From: an uncultured virus (IMG/VR IMGVR_UViG_3300032241_001451)
Lineage: Duplodnaviria > Heunggongvirae > Uroviricota > Caudoviricetes
Direction: 5' to 3' (one strand)
Virus record (IMG/VR): IMGVR_UViG_3300032241_001451
DNA length: 64,000 nucleotides
Part shown: in pieces, positions 46,928 to 56,679 of the stretch
Position numbering within the stretch: position 1 is the stretch's first letter
Layout: every line of letters begins with the position of its first letter
Notes under the pieces: model-generated
Databases searched by the model: none
What the model was told of the DNA's origin: nothing
What the model saw: the letters and a program-made list of their open reading frames with translations, nothing else
Program-made: the position numbers and the translations under genes

Positions 46928-48238
46928 TCACTCCAAATAGTCATTAACAACCTCGGCTGCCTTTGACTGCTGGTGACGTACTCGGTGTAAGTACCTTTCG
47001 GTCGTTGTGATTGACTGATGACCTAAACGCTCTTTGACTTCATGGACATCTACGCCCTTCTTTAGAAGAAGTGTTGCGTTAGCGTGTCTGAGGTCGTGCG
47101 TCTTGGGATACCAGCCAATACCTGACTTGGTTATGGCTTCGTTCCAAATGGTTCTCCACCTGTCACGAGGCAGATAATCGTCGCTTTTGCTAAGGCTTTT
47201 GCTATTGCTTTGGCTTTTGCTAAGGCTTTGACTTTCTGCTTTGCCTTTGGCTTTGTCCTTTCTGTATTGGTGGCGGTATTCCTTAACCGCTTGCTGACAG
47301 GCTATACACCTGCACCCGCCTACATTATAGGAATAGACACTCCCATGTCTAAACGTTCGGCTTCCCTTGGTGTATGGCTTCCCTAGGCTTTTGCTAGGGC
47401 TTACTAGTTTACATGTTGTTAAGACTGTGTTCTTTGAGAATACTAGGTCTTCTTTTCCTAGGGCTTTGGTGCTGACAAAAGTTTTTACCTCGGCTATGAC
47501 TTCTCGGCTTAGAACAACTGTTCGCTTTTGTCCGTTTTTGGTGGCCTCTACGACCATGAACCTTTTACCTTGGCCAAGTTCGTGACCTACATCTGCCACG
47601 CTTCTTCTTACATAGACTTCTTTAGAAGTGAAGTTAAAGTCTTTTACTCGTAGTTCTGTGGCTTCCCCGAACCTCAGACCAGAGCCTATGAGAAATCTGG
47701 CTAGTACCCTTGCTCCGTCTGTGGGTAAGTTCTTTAGGATTGCTTGAAAGTCTTTAGGGTCAAGCGTGTAGGTTGGGTCTGGCTTGACAGTAATCGTTTT
47801 TATGCGGTGTGTTGGATTGGCTTGTATTACTTCATCTTCTACTGCTTGGCGAAACAAGTAACCAAGTGCGGTTTTTAAGTGTGAGAGATTGCTAGGGCTT
47901 ACGCCTTCCTTCTTTAAGGAGTCCAATAGTTCTCTTATGTCTTGCCGCCGAATTGCGGCTAAACGCTTATCTCCTATGCGTGGGAGTGCGTACTTCTTTA
48001 GGAGTATGAGATAAGTTCTTTTGGTACTAAGTCGGACATCAGTTCTTAGTATCAAGTTCTGTATGTATTTGTTAAGTGTTGGTTGATTATTGGGCATGAC
48101 ATTGAAGACACCTTCTTCCGCTAACAAACCAGCGTTAAGTGCTTTAGCCCTAGAGTTGAAAGTACCGACAGACTTTGCTTTGCCGTCTGCTCGGTAATAG
48201 CCTGTATAGCGGTTATTACGCTTGACTACATACGCCAC
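46928..48238 (-). CDS. Tyrosine recombinase/integrase with internal insertion
   Basis: GLRFGE, TKNG, HDLRH, LGHQS..TT..Y catalytic set; arm-binding-like N-terminus. Confidence 0.93.
   Translation of the reverse strand: MAYVVKRNNRYTGYYRADGKAKSVGTFNSRAKALNAGLLAEEGVFNVMPNNQPTLNKYIQNLILRTDVRLSTKRTYLILLKKYALPRIGDKRLAAIRRQDIRELLDSLKKEGVSPSNLSHLKTALGYLFRQAVEDEVIQANPTHRIKTITVKPDPTYTLDPKDFQAILKNLPTDGARVLARFLIGSGLRFGEATELRVKDFNFTSKEVYVRRSVADVGHELGQGKRFMVVEATKNGQKRTVVLSREVIAEVKTFVSTKALGKEDLVFSKNTVLTTCKLVSPSKSLGKPYTKGSRTFRHGSVYSYNVGGCRCIACQQAVKEYRHQYRKDKAKGKAESQSLSKSQSNSKSLSKSDDYLPRDRWRTIWNEAITKSGIGWYPKTHDLRHANATLLLKKGVDVHEVKERLGHQSITTTERYLHRVRHQQSKAAEVVNDYLE
47183..47404. repeat. GCTTTTGCTA repeat cluster inside the recombinase gene
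   Basis: Copies at 47183, 47195, 47213 and 47387; a further copy at 46229. Confidence 0.75.
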
Positions 48239-48296
48239 GATTGCCCCCTTTCGTACAAGAGCAGTTTATCGTACTGGCGAGTAACTTACAAAACGC

Positions 48297-48336
48297 AAAA
48301 AGGGGGCAGATAGCCGATTGGCTACCTACCCCCTTC
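48297..48336 (-). terminator. Intrinsic terminator of the leftward early-type operon
   Basis: Minus strand AAGGGGGTAGGTAGCC-aatc-GGCTATCTGCCCCCTTTTT. Confidence 0.85.
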
Positions 48337-48347
48337 TTTAAGAAGTT

Positions 48348-48521
48348 CTATCCTTCTTTAGATACTGCTTTATCTTTACAATTAAAACATAACCACAATA
48401 CAGTTTCATTGTATGAGTTTTTAATTGCTTGACCATTTTCATAGATACCTTGTTGTCCACATTTGTCGCAAGTATCTAATCTATCGTGCGGTGTGAGTTT
48501 TCGTATTTCTACATAACCCAT
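48348..48521 (-). CDS. 57 aa zinc-ribbon protein (CDKC...CFNC)
   Basis: Translated by hand; TAATG overlap; GGAG RBS. Confidence 0.65.
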   Translation of the reverse strand: MGYVEIRKLTPHDRLDTCDKCGQQGIYENGQAIKNSYNETVLWLCFNCKDKAVSKEG

Positions 48522-48730
48522 TAGTTACTCCCACATACTAGGCAAGCACTTTCATAGAAAGGTTCTTCTGCTTCACAACCTTTACACTCTTGCCAAGTAA
48601 CATCAGATAAGTAATTTGCTTCTTGTCTTTCTGCTATGAAGTTTTCTACTGCTCTTTGACCAAACGCATGATAAATCTGTTCACACAATTTGTTTAGAGT
48701 AATAGTGTCATGCTTATAGCCTTGCGCCAT
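48521..48730 (-). CDS. Small zinc-ribbon protein
   Basis: CKGC...CLVC. Confidence 0.65.
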   Translation of the reverse strand: MAQGYKHDTITLNKLCEQIYHAFGQRAVENFIAERQEANYLSDVTWQECKGCEAEEPFYESACLVCGSN

Positions 48731-49026
48731 TACTCCACCACTACTTCCTCTTTAGTTGGTATGTCATCTCGGTTAGGTACTGCGTGATAAGTAATCTCTT
48801 TGTTAATCACGATTGTTTTGTATGTAGCAGGGATTTCTTTTTTGATTTCTATTCCGTCTTGCTTGCCAATAATCTTAAAGTCTTTTGGATTTGCCAAAAG
48901 TTCTGCGATTAAATCGAGCATGATTTGTTGCTCTCTACTGCTAATTACCCTGTCAGTATTAAACTCAATGTAAGCCTTGTATTTGCGTACACCTTGTTCT
49001 TTAATCTTCTTAACTTCTTTAGACAT
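48730..49026 (-). CDS. Hypothetical protein
   Basis: AAGGAG RBS. Confidence 0.65.
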   Translation of the reverse strand: MSKEVKKIKEQGVRKYKAYIEFNTDRVISSREQQIMLDLIAELLANPKDFKIIGKQDGIEIKKEIPATYKTIVINKEITYHAVPNRDDIPTKEEVVVE

Positions 49027-49222
49027 TTGTATTCTCCTTTTCGTATTCTTCTGCGACTACCTTCACGACATACTCGTTACTGTTTAAGTCGGTACTGTTT
49101 AAGTATTCTTGTGTTTTATCCATAACTATCTCATACAGACTTTTTACATTGGATACTTCTTTATCATTAACTACAACTGGTATCTCCGTTGTTAGTTCAA
49201 TGAGATAATGCTTTATCGCCAT
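49019..49222 (-). CDS. Hypothetical protein (MAIKHYL...)
   Basis: AAGGA RBS before ATG 49222. Confidence 0.55.
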   Translation of the reverse strand: MAIKHYLIELTTEIPVVVNDKEVSNVKSLYEIVMDKTQEYLNSTDLNSNEYVVKVVAEEYEKENTNV

Positions 49223-49817
49223 GTGGTATTCCTTCCCATAGTGTGCTTTCTTCTTTAGTTCTTTCTTCTTCGCATGACTCGCAATACTCAGGAGTATCTT
49301 CTTTTTGGCACTCAACCATTTCCCAACACTCCTTACACTCATGGTGTTCTCCCATAAGTTCTTCTAGTTTTTCACAACCAGCGTCATTTATAGAACCACC
49401 TATTTGTTCTACTTCTTTTCCTTTTTCGTATGTGTGTTCACCCCAATAATCAGAGCCACTTTCCCAGTATTCATACTTGATAGTGACCTTCTTATTTTGC
49501 TTTGCTAGTTTCTCTATCACTTGTCGAACAGGACTCCATGCGGTGTTGAAAGTGTATGTAAGTTCCCCACTCTCCCACTCGGAGTCTTGCCTTTCTACAT
49601 CTGCTAAATCCCATTTGCTACCCCAGTTATTTACATTCCAGTTGTACCAATTAGCGTTCTCACTAGCAGGTCTAGGGATAACTCTGTGACATGAGAACAG
49701 GCTTTTAGAGTGTTCACTTGTTTCTTCACTATTGGTAATCTCAACTGCTTTCATTAACTTGCTAAGTTCTTTAGGAGAACCTTTGATTGTTAAAGTATTG
49801 CTACACCAATTAGGCAT
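49197..49817 (-). CDS. DUF1281/YubB ferredoxin-like protein
   Basis: MPNWCSN, WY.W...NWG.KW, F.TAWSP. Confidence 0.85.
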   Translation of the reverse strand: MPNWCSNTLTIKGSPKELSKLMKAVEITNSEETSEHSKSLFSCHRVIPRPASENANWYNWNVNNWGSKWDLADVERQDSEWESGELTYTFNTAWSPVRQVIEKLAKQNKKVTIKYEYWESGSDYWGEHTYEKGKEVEQIGGSINDAGCEKLEELMGEHHECKECWEMVECQKEDTPEYCESCEEERTKEESTLWEGIPHGDKALSH

Positions 49818-50235
49818 TTGATACTCCCATTACTAATCCAGTTTTAATTAAGTTTTGTAGTCTAGGGGCAAGATTAGTTTCTAAATAATCTCTGCCATAC
49901 TTTAATAAGTTATCAGGGATTTGTTCTATAACTTCTTTAGTAAGTGCTTTGTGGTGTAAAGACTTTTCTCCTACACCTGCTCTCTTATCTCCTTTTAAGA
50001 AATAAACGCCATGTATAGAAGTTATACCTATTTGGTCTTTGCCATGACCACGCATTTCGCATTGAAATTTTTTAACAAGAAACTTTCGTGTGCTTGTATA
50101 ACTACTGGTCTGCCAGTTCCAAGTATGAGGCGCAACGATAACTACTTGTTCTAAGTCAGGAATTGTTACTGTAAAAGAAATAGTTTCCCAACCTTTTATT
50201 TCTACTTCTGTGTTTTCAAGTATTGAATTACTCAT
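49810..50235 (-). CDS. Hypothetical protein
   Basis: GGGAG RBS; coupled. Confidence 0.65.
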   Translation of the reverse strand: MSNSILENTEVEIKGWETISFTVTIPDLEQVVIVAPHTWNWQTSSYTSTRKFLVKKFQCEMRGHGKDQIGITSIHGVYFLKGDKRAGVGEKSLHHKALTKEVIEQIPDNLLKYGRDYLETNLAPRLQNLIKTGLVMGVSNA

Positions 50236-50800
50236 GCGTAATCTCCCTATGAGTTAATTTGCGGTAAGCGTGTGACTTACCTTTGGACTCCGAATAGCCA
50301 TAACGAACAAACCTAAAGTTAAGTGCGCTATGAGTTATACCTAAAGATTTTGCTAAAGAATAAACACTAATTCCTTTGCGCTTCTGCTCCCAAGCCAACT
50401 TAGTAAATTGCTCTGCTTCTGCCCGATACTTCTTGCTACTACTTCTAACTAAACAAGCCTTAGCATGAAGTTCTTTAAGTTTTGCTAATACATCAGGCTC
50501 TACTTCTACGCGCCTTGTGCGATAGATAGGACTAGCAGGTAATTCAGGAATAGGCAGGTCTTTAATTTTCTCTGCCACTTCTTGAGGACAGTTGTATGTC
50601 TTGTATAAATCAACTGCTTGCCTTGTTAGACCAAGTGCCTTACCAATACTTTCACAAGTCCAACCTTCGTTGCGTAACGCATTGACATAAGCCTTGCGCT
50701 CTACGCCATGTACCTTCTTTAGACTTGCTACTACATCATCAGGCAGAGTTAGTTTCTGTACCTGCTTTTTATTTCCTACGATTACTTTATGTGTTGTCAT
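50228..50800 (-). CDS. Tandem HTH DNA-binding protein
   Basis: GWT.ESIGKALGLTRQAV and G.S..SLAKSLGIT. Confidence 0.75.
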   Translation of the reverse strand: MTTHKVIVGNKKQVQKLTLPDDVVASLKKVHGVERKAYVNALRNEGWTCESIGKALGLTRQAVDLYKTYNCPQEVAEKIKDLPIPELPASPIYRTRRVEVEPDVLAKLKELHAKACLVRSSSKKYRAEAEQFTKLAWEQKRKGISVYSLAKSLGITHSALNFRFVRYGYSESKGKSHAYRKLTHREITHE

Positions 50801-51137
50801 TGTTTTTTATTTCCATTTCTGTATCCCATAGTTGTTGTTCTTCTTCTTCTATTTCTAATAACGCTTTATTTTCTATGACATTGTGTACAACATCTCGTTC
50901 ATAATCTTTAACTGCTTCATAAAAGTTTTCCCATAAAGGGTCATCATTATTTACTTTATTAAAGATTTTCTCAAACACTTCTTGTGAATAATCTTCTTTT
51001 AAGAAGTTTTCATTGTCATAATCTTCTTCCGCTTGTTCTGCCATAGAAGGTAAGTCAAAATACATAACTGCTACAACATCATCAGGCTTTAACGCACTAA
51101 GTTCAGTTGTAAGTTCTTTAACTGTTTTGACTCTCAT
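50787..51137 (-). CDS. Acidic hypothetical protein (MRVKTVKEL...)
   Basis: TAATG overlap places the start at 51137. Confidence 0.6.
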   Translation of the reverse strand: MRVKTVKELTTELSALKPDDVVAVMYFDLPSMAEQAEEDYDNENFLKEDYSQEVFEKIFNKVNNDDPLWENFYEAVKDYERDVVHNVIENKALLEIEEEEQQLWDTEMEIKNNDNT

Positions 51138-51853
51138 TAAAAGTACCTGCTCGCACACACACGACCCATACCAGCAGCGACAGATTTCAATAGGGTTAGT
51201 GTGCGACCACAATGGCAACACAACCCTGTCTGTGCCGAATAGCGAATTGCTTGTTCAAGTGTTAAGCGATTGCTCTCATCAAGAGTAGTAAGAACCTTTT
51301 TCTCATTAGCCTTGTTATTTCGTTCATACTTTTTGCTCTCATCAGAGTAAGACCACACTTGCCACTCTTTGCCATAAGAACCTTTGCGGATTGAATAGAT
51401 AGTTTCATCTAATAAATACGCACCAACTTCTTTAATCAAGATAGGTACTGGCTTATTACTACGCGCCCTAAGTGTGTTGATAATTGCCGATACATCAGAC
51501 TTATCCAATTCACTTAAAGAATTAACTTTTTTAGTAAATAGATAATCATTAAGAAGTTCAATACCACCTTCTTTATCTTGTACCAGCGATTGGGCATAAC
51601 TAACTTGTCGCTCGGTAGGGGCAATTACATAACCTTCTTTAGCAGGTAGGGTCAGAAGGTTAGTAATAAGTTCGCCAGCACCTTGAACATTAAGTTTCGT
51701 TAGTGCTTCATCAGTAAGTGTTAAGTTGTGTTGCTTACTGTTTAGAAGTTGTTTAATAAAGTTGATTTGCTTATCACTTGCGTAGCGCACTTGATACTCT
51801 CCGTATCCGTTCGCGCCTTTAGAACCACCCTTGCGGTGTTTAGTTGTTGTCAT
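51137..51853 (-). CDS. Protein with repeated S/T.KQ..YI helical modules and a C-terminal DUF6011-like zinc finger
   Basis: ASDKQINFI, PTERQVSY, C.HCGRTL...S...GMG..C. Confidence 0.7.
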   Translation of the reverse strand: MTTTKHRKGGSKGANGYGEYQVRYASDKQINFIKQLLNSKQHNLTLTDEALTKLNVQGAGELITNLLTLPAKEGYVIAPTERQVSYAQSLVQDKEGGIELLNDYLFTKKVNSLSELDKSDVSAIINTLRARSNKPVPILIKEVGAYLLDETIYSIRKGSYGKEWQVWSYSDESKKYERNNKANEKKVLTTLDESNRLTLEQAIRYSAQTGLCCHCGRTLTLLKSVAAGMGRVCASRYF

Positions 51854-51873
51854 TTAATTACCCCCTAGATTTT

Positions 51874-52284
51874 TTATTGCGGTATGAGTTCTTCTTGATT
51901 TGTTACTTCTACTGTCTGTTCTTTTATCCAGTTGTTATACTCTTTGCGGTTTAACTTCTTCAACCTGCGTGCTTCTTTAGCAGGTATCTTTTGGATAGAA
52001 ACAACTTCCCAAGACAGATTTTTATAGTATGGATTATCAGGTTTTAGGCTTTGCCATTTGCGATTACTCTTTGCTTGTCGCTCCGCTAACCTCTCGTTTA
52101 TGTGAAACGACCCACCTGTAATTTGATTTGGATACTGTAATTGTGTACAAGTAACAACTGCGTGCGTGTATTTGTCACGATTGCTTCCGCGAATAACTGC
52201 TTGCCCGTTACTGGCAACTGCTAAGTAATACACTCTCGGTTGTTTTTCATACTTTGGATTAACATTTAATAGTTCTTGACCCAT
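51874..52284 (-). CDS. Hypothetical protein
   Basis: R.S.R..YTHAV motif; AAGGGA RBS. Confidence 0.65.
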   Translation of the reverse strand: MGQELLNVNPKYEKQPRVYYLAVASNGQAVIRGSNRDKYTHAVVTCTQLQYPNQITGGSFHINERLAERQAKSNRKWQSLKPDNPYYKNLSWEVVSIQKIPAKEARRLKKLNRKEYNNWIKEQTVEVTNQEELIPQ

Positions 52285-52313
52285 TTATTTATCCCTTTTC
52301 TTTAACTTTTTAA

Positions 52314-52511
52314 TCATTGTTCTATTACATTTTCTATTTCATAGTTTTCATCAAGTAATAGTGTTTCTAGTATTTCCCAACCTTGCTCTATTGAACGCTC
52401 TTTGAGAGAACGCCCTATAATACTTAGGCACTCTTTTGCTTCCTCATCACTCATGCTAGGAATTAACGCCTGTATGTCCTCAAAACTCCAAACGATTGAA
52501 ACTTTATCCAT
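52314..52511 (-). CDS. Small acidic hypothetical protein
   Basis: I.WS.EDI...SDEEA..L pattern. Confidence 0.65.
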   Translation of the reverse strand: MDKVSIVWSFEDIQALIPSMSDEEAKECLSIIGRSLKERSIEQGWEILETLLLDENYEIENVIEQ

Positions 52512-52672
52512 TATTTGTTCAACTCTTTCTTTGTGTTGTTCTTTATGTGTGCTTGTAGGTCGCTCACTTTATGAGCAGACCCGTAGAACCCACCAGCGTT
52601 AAGCCAAGACTTCTCCCGACCTAACGCTTGTAGTAATAGTGCGACTTGTTCTGTTGTAAGTTCAATACTCAT
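52511..52672 (-). CDS. 53 aa hypothetical protein (MSIELTTEQV...)
   Basis: Translated by hand; TAATG overlaps at both ends. Confidence 0.6.
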   Translation of the reverse strand: MSIELTTEQVALLLQALGREKSWLNAGGFYGSAHKVSDLQAHIKNNTKKELNK

Positions 52673-53259
52673 TATGCGTACACCTCTTTGCCTTGATAAG
52701 CGAGTTCAATTAACTTCTCAAACTCTGCGAGTGAGAGAGTCACAACGCCCCGATACTCTAAGTCATACCCAGTTGTATCTACATTAACAAAAGTAGTATC
52801 ACCTAAGAGTTCTTTAGAAGTTGCGATTACAGAATTGCGAGCGCGGTTGATTTCATTATCAACCAGTTGTCTGTGAGCGATTGCCTTGTTGCGCTTTTCA
52901 TTTTGGATACGCTCTGCCTCTGCCTCTGCGCTCTTTGCTTGCGCCCAACGGGGTTCAAGGTCAGACCACAACGCAACAATGTCAGCCAAACGAGAAGTCC
53001 AAAAGATTTCAGAACCACTTTGGTCAGTTGCTTTTACTAGAACACCAACAGAACGATTACCTGCTTGTGCTTTAGTAAAACTATTTGGGTCTTGTGAGCG
53101 TTGGCTTGCTTGATACTCATACTTATCTAGTGAAACCAGCGTTGAGTTCACTACATCATTTTCTCTCACGCTATTAACATCACGACTTCCGCGAGATGAG
53201 TATTGCCAACTAGGTACTACTGCGTATTCCTTGCCTACTACTAATTCAGATAGTTTCAT
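52672..53259 (-). CDS. Hypothetical protein
   Basis: AAGGAG RBS. Confidence 0.7.
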   Translation of the reverse strand: MKLSELVVGKEYAVVPSWQYSSRGSRDVNSVRENDVVNSTLVSLDKYEYQASQRSQDPNSFTKAQAGNRSVGVLVKATDQSGSEIFWTSRLADIVALWSDLEPRWAQAKSAEAEAERIQNEKRNKAIAHRQLVDNEINRARNSVIATSKELLGDTTFVNVDTTGYDLEYRGVVTLSLAEFEKLIELAYQGKEVYA

Positions 53260-53276
53260 TTAGTTATTCTCCTTTG

Positions 53277-55286
53277 TTAGTTGTGTACGAGATTACGAGA
53301 GATTGCCAAGCGCACTAATTCTTTGCCAAGAATTACAATGTCTTTAGCACTTTTGATTTGTGTTAGTAACTCAAACGAGTGTCGGTAGCGTTCAATGTAA
53401 GAAACAGCATTATCACTTTCGTCTAAGTATGCTTGACAGGTTAGAACACCAGCCTTACGCATTTCCATAACTGCGTTCTCGCCTTCTTTGGTATCCCATG
53501 CTCCGTCAGTAATCATAAACAGAATACGAATTGGCTTATCAGTTTCGGCAAGCACACGCTTTGCGTACAGGATTGCTTCCGTTGGATTTGTACCCCCGTC
53601 AGCACCCCCGTCACGAATAGTGTTGCCAGCAGACTCATCAGCACTATAAAGAAGTGTTGTTGCGTAATCAAAAGTAACAACTGTTGTTTTCGCTTCAACT
53701 GCTTCAAGTGCCTTCTTTATTGCCCACATACTTTGATAAGCGTTGTCAGCATTTTTTCCAGCCATTGAACCCGACTTATCCAAAAGAATAACTGCTTCAA
53801 TAGCAGTTACATCTTCACGACCTTCTTGCCACTCATCAAAACAAGTATCAAAATCTTCATTGTTAAGATAACGATTGACATTTAGGCGACCAGTATCAAC
53901 TTCTGTTTCCCAAGCAGGGTCAAACTTTGCGCGTAGTCGCTCTAGTTCACGACCAAACGACTTAGAAGTAAGCACCAATTCAGGATTAGCATTTACACTT
54001 TTATAGTTAGCACGCTTTGGAGTTGCGGTGTTGCCACCTTCTAAACCAACATCTATACCAAGTTGCTTACCAAGTTGATTAAGTTCTTTAGACAACTCCT
54101 TTAGAACATCACTCATAACACCTTCTAATACATCAGACACTTGCCTGTTAGTACCAGTTGTACCTTCATCAGAACCATAAGTCTTTGACTTGGTACTTTC
54201 ATGTGGTGTGAAGTTCTCATCATTGAAGTCGCTATCATCAAACAAGTCATCAGAGAAATCATCAGACTTATCATTAGTTGGAGTTGTGGCTTGTGGATTT
54301 TTTACTGCGGAGTTACTTGTGCTAGAAGTATTTGTATCTTCTTTAGAAGTATCTTCACTTGTGTCACCAGTTGTATCTTGCTTTGGTAACTCAACATCAA
54401 CAATAAGAACAGGCTTTGCTTTATCTTTGTTCTTTGACTTACCCATGTCTTGTTCTTGTTGTTGTCTGCTAACTGGTCGCACGCTACTGCTCTCCACGCC
54501 TTGTGTTGGTCGTGAGTCATGTCCATTAGGATTTTTAATTCGGACAATGATTGTCTGCCCACCTTCTCCACCTTCTCCGCCTTCTCCACCTTGATTTGGT
54601 ATTGGCGGTAGAAGTTCAATTAAATCGTTGAAGTTCTTAATAAGTATCTTTGCGCGTTCTGTTGCTTGTGAAACTTCTTTAGGTTCACCAGCGAACAAAA
54701 GAGTGCGGTACTCATCAACGATTGAATAGATTGCTTCAATGTCCTGTGGTCGCTTGTAGTTATCTACTGCCAACTGTTGAAGTTCTGTTGGTAAGTATCT
54801 ACGACCAGTAACAAGAGGAAAGGCAGTTGTGATTGCTTCATCATCACTTAGTAGATAATCGGTAACTGTTGCGATTAACCAGTTAGTGATACTTGGAAGA
54901 TAACCAACCATGAGAGTTTCGATACGACTATCTTCTAAACAGTTGTACGCACTCCATAAGTTATTATCTTTAATCCATGTGACAAACTCGTTTCCATTTC
55001 TCAATGTATAGCGCAAGTGCCCTAGTTCATGGAAGTTCAGACCTTGAAGTGACAACAAACTTTCAGCAGTTAAATTGTCTTTGATTTCAGACAGGTTCAA
55101 CCATTGTTCATTTGTGCTTGACCAAGCAGGGCTGTGTTGTGTTGGCTCATCAACAACATTGACAGTAATTCTGCGACCAGTAAGAACACTATTGGTACGA
55201 GAGAAGATACTTGCCAATTTAGTTATGCGATTGCGCTTTAGTTGTTCTAACTGCTTGCTCTTATCTTCTTGTTCTTGAAGAAACAT
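53277..55286 (-). CDS. vWA-domain protein with N-terminal HExxH metallopeptidase-like domain (CobT/NorD-like)
   Basis: HELGH, N..ED.RIE, acidic linker, MIDAS DKSGSM, GGT, ITDG. Confidence 0.9.
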   Translation of the reverse strand: MFLQEQEDKSKQLEQLKRNRITKLASIFSRTNSVLTGRRITVNVVDEPTQHSPAWSSTNEQWLNLSEIKDNLTAESLLSLQGLNFHELGHLRYTLRNGNEFVTWIKDNNLWSAYNCLEDSRIETLMVGYLPSITNWLIATVTDYLLSDDEAITTAFPLVTGRRYLPTELQQLAVDNYKRPQDIEAIYSIVDEYRTLLFAGEPKEVSQATERAKILIKNFNDLIELLPPIPNQGGEGGEGGEGGQTIIVRIKNPNGHDSRPTQGVESSSVRPVSRQQQEQDMGKSKNKDKAKPVLIVDVELPKQDTTGDTSEDTSKEDTNTSSTSNSAVKNPQATTPTNDKSDDFSDDLFDDSDFNDENFTPHESTKSKTYGSDEGTTGTNRQVSDVLEGVMSDVLKELSKELNQLGKQLGIDVGLEGGNTATPKRANYKSVNANPELVLTSKSFGRELERLRAKFDPAWETEVDTGRLNVNRYLNNEDFDTCFDEWQEGREDVTAIEAVILLDKSGSMAGKNADNAYQSMWAIKKALEAVEAKTTVVTFDYATTLLYSADESAGNTIRDGGADGGTNPTEAILYAKRVLAETDKPIRILFMITDGAWDTKEGENAVMEMRKAGVLTCQAYLDESDNAVSYIERYRHSFELLTQIKSAKDIVILGKELVRLAISRNLVHN

Positions 55287-55297
55287 TATTGCCTCTC

Positions 55298-56653
55298 TTA
55301 GTTGTTTATTAGTTCTGCTTCTAACTGTGTGCGGTGTGCGTCAAACAACAGGCGAACGCTTCCGCGCTCATCATCAGTAAAGTTCATCAACGCATTTTCA
55401 ACGGCAAACTCATAACCTAATTCCTGTGACAACTCTTGAAGGTTCAATAACCAACGCAAGGAAATAGGCGTTGTGTATAAGCCTTGAATACTGTCAGCAC
55501 GCATTTGGTCAGCGAGTTTAAGAAGTGTTGAAGATTTGACAACTTGTTTTTCAATAGCGTTGTCATACTCAAACTTTAATTTGATACCGAACCTATCTAC
55601 AAACGCTTCATTGAGTTTATTAGAACCACGATAGCCATTGTTGTAGGTAGCGATAACCATGAAGTCAGGGTGAGCAGTTACAACTTCTCCACCATTTTCA
55701 ATAATTGAAAGTGTGCGATTTTGTAACAGGTCTTGTAAGCGTTGAAGTATCTTTGTTGGGGCAAAATCAACTTCATCAAGAATAACAATGTCACCACGCT
55801 TTACTGCTTGCGTGAGAACGCCGTCTATCCAAACTGGCTTACCAGTTTCAGAGTCAATAACAGTTTTACCAATAAACTGCCCGACCTCTACACCCATTGA
55901 ACAAGAGAACACATACACGCCTTGATTTTCTTTAAGTCCAAAATTAAGTCCACTTGTTGTCTTGCCAGTACCAGCATGACCTTCAATGAGAACAAACTTC
56001 TTTAACTTTTTAGCGGTCTGATACATCTTGCTCTCTTTGATACCACCAGCGAGAGTGCGCTCAATGTAATTGCCTACAAGTTCTTTAGAAGGTACGCGAA
56101 TTACATAATTACCAATTACATCATTACTAGCGCTCGCACTTACTTCAACTCGCTTCTCTGTATGTGCTATCGGTGCTTGCGTAACTTCAATCACGTTAGC
56201 CACGACAACGGGATTTTTTATTGCGGTGACACTCTTGTCGCTTCTGCCGTCACTCCGATACTTACTTAGGAGAGTTGGGTCTTGTGAGATTAGAACATCA
56301 ACCTCTTTAAGAACATCAGCGATTGTGCGAGTTGTATCTACTTGTTCATGTCGCAAACCAAACTGCTTAGTAAGTTTTTGTATAAGAACATTTGGTCGCT
56401 CGTTCTTTTCTATGTCCTCAATGTCATTAGAAGTTAGTGGAGAAGATAGGACTTCACCAACAATGAAGTTGTCATAGTTATTGCTTGTTAGAAGTTCTGC
56501 GTAGATTGCTTCTGTCCAAGCGTTGCGCTCTCCACGACCCCCGTCAGTTGAACGCGACCAAGCATGAGTGTTGTTGTCATGTGAAACAACGAGGATTTGA
56601 TTAAGTCTATTTGCTTCTTGTGATTGACCTGTAATAAGAATTGCGTATGACAT
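55298..56653 (-). CDS. MoxR/CbbQ/NirQ-type AAA+ ATPase
   Basis: GHAGTGKT, W.DG.L..A, ILDEVD, HPDF..IAT.N, LNEAF.DRF. Confidence 0.92.
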   Translation of the reverse strand: MSYAILITGQSQEANRLNQILVVSHDNNTHAWSRSTDGGRGERNAWTEAIYAELLTSNNYDNFIVGEVLSSPLTSNDIEDIEKNERPNVLIQKLTKQFGLRHEQVDTTRTIADVLKEVDVLISQDPTLLSKYRSDGRSDKSVTAIKNPVVVANVIEVTQAPIAHTEKRVEVSASASNDVIGNYVIRVPSKELVGNYIERTLAGGIKESKMYQTAKKLKKFVLIEGHAGTGKTTSGLNFGLKENQGVYVFSCSMGVEVGQFIGKTVIDSETGKPVWIDGVLTQAVKRGDIVILDEVDFAPTKILQRLQDLLQNRTLSIIENGGEVVTAHPDFMVIATYNNGYRGSNKLNEAFVDRFGIKLKFEYDNAIEKQVVKSSTLLKLADQMRADSIQGLYTTPISLRWLLNLQELSQELGYEFAVENALMNFTDDERGSVRLLFDAHRTQLEAELINN

Positions 56654-56679
56654 TTATTATTCCGTTTCTGTTAATTATT

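Noticed and set aside
46926..47050. c-di-AMP (ydaO) riboswitch before the transglycosylase
   Set aside because: The upstream DNA is recombinase coding sequence and lacks the conserved ydaO segments
54558..54592. CCACCTTCT tandem repeat
   Set aside because: It encodes the GGEGGEGGEGG linker of the vWA protein; explained at the protein level
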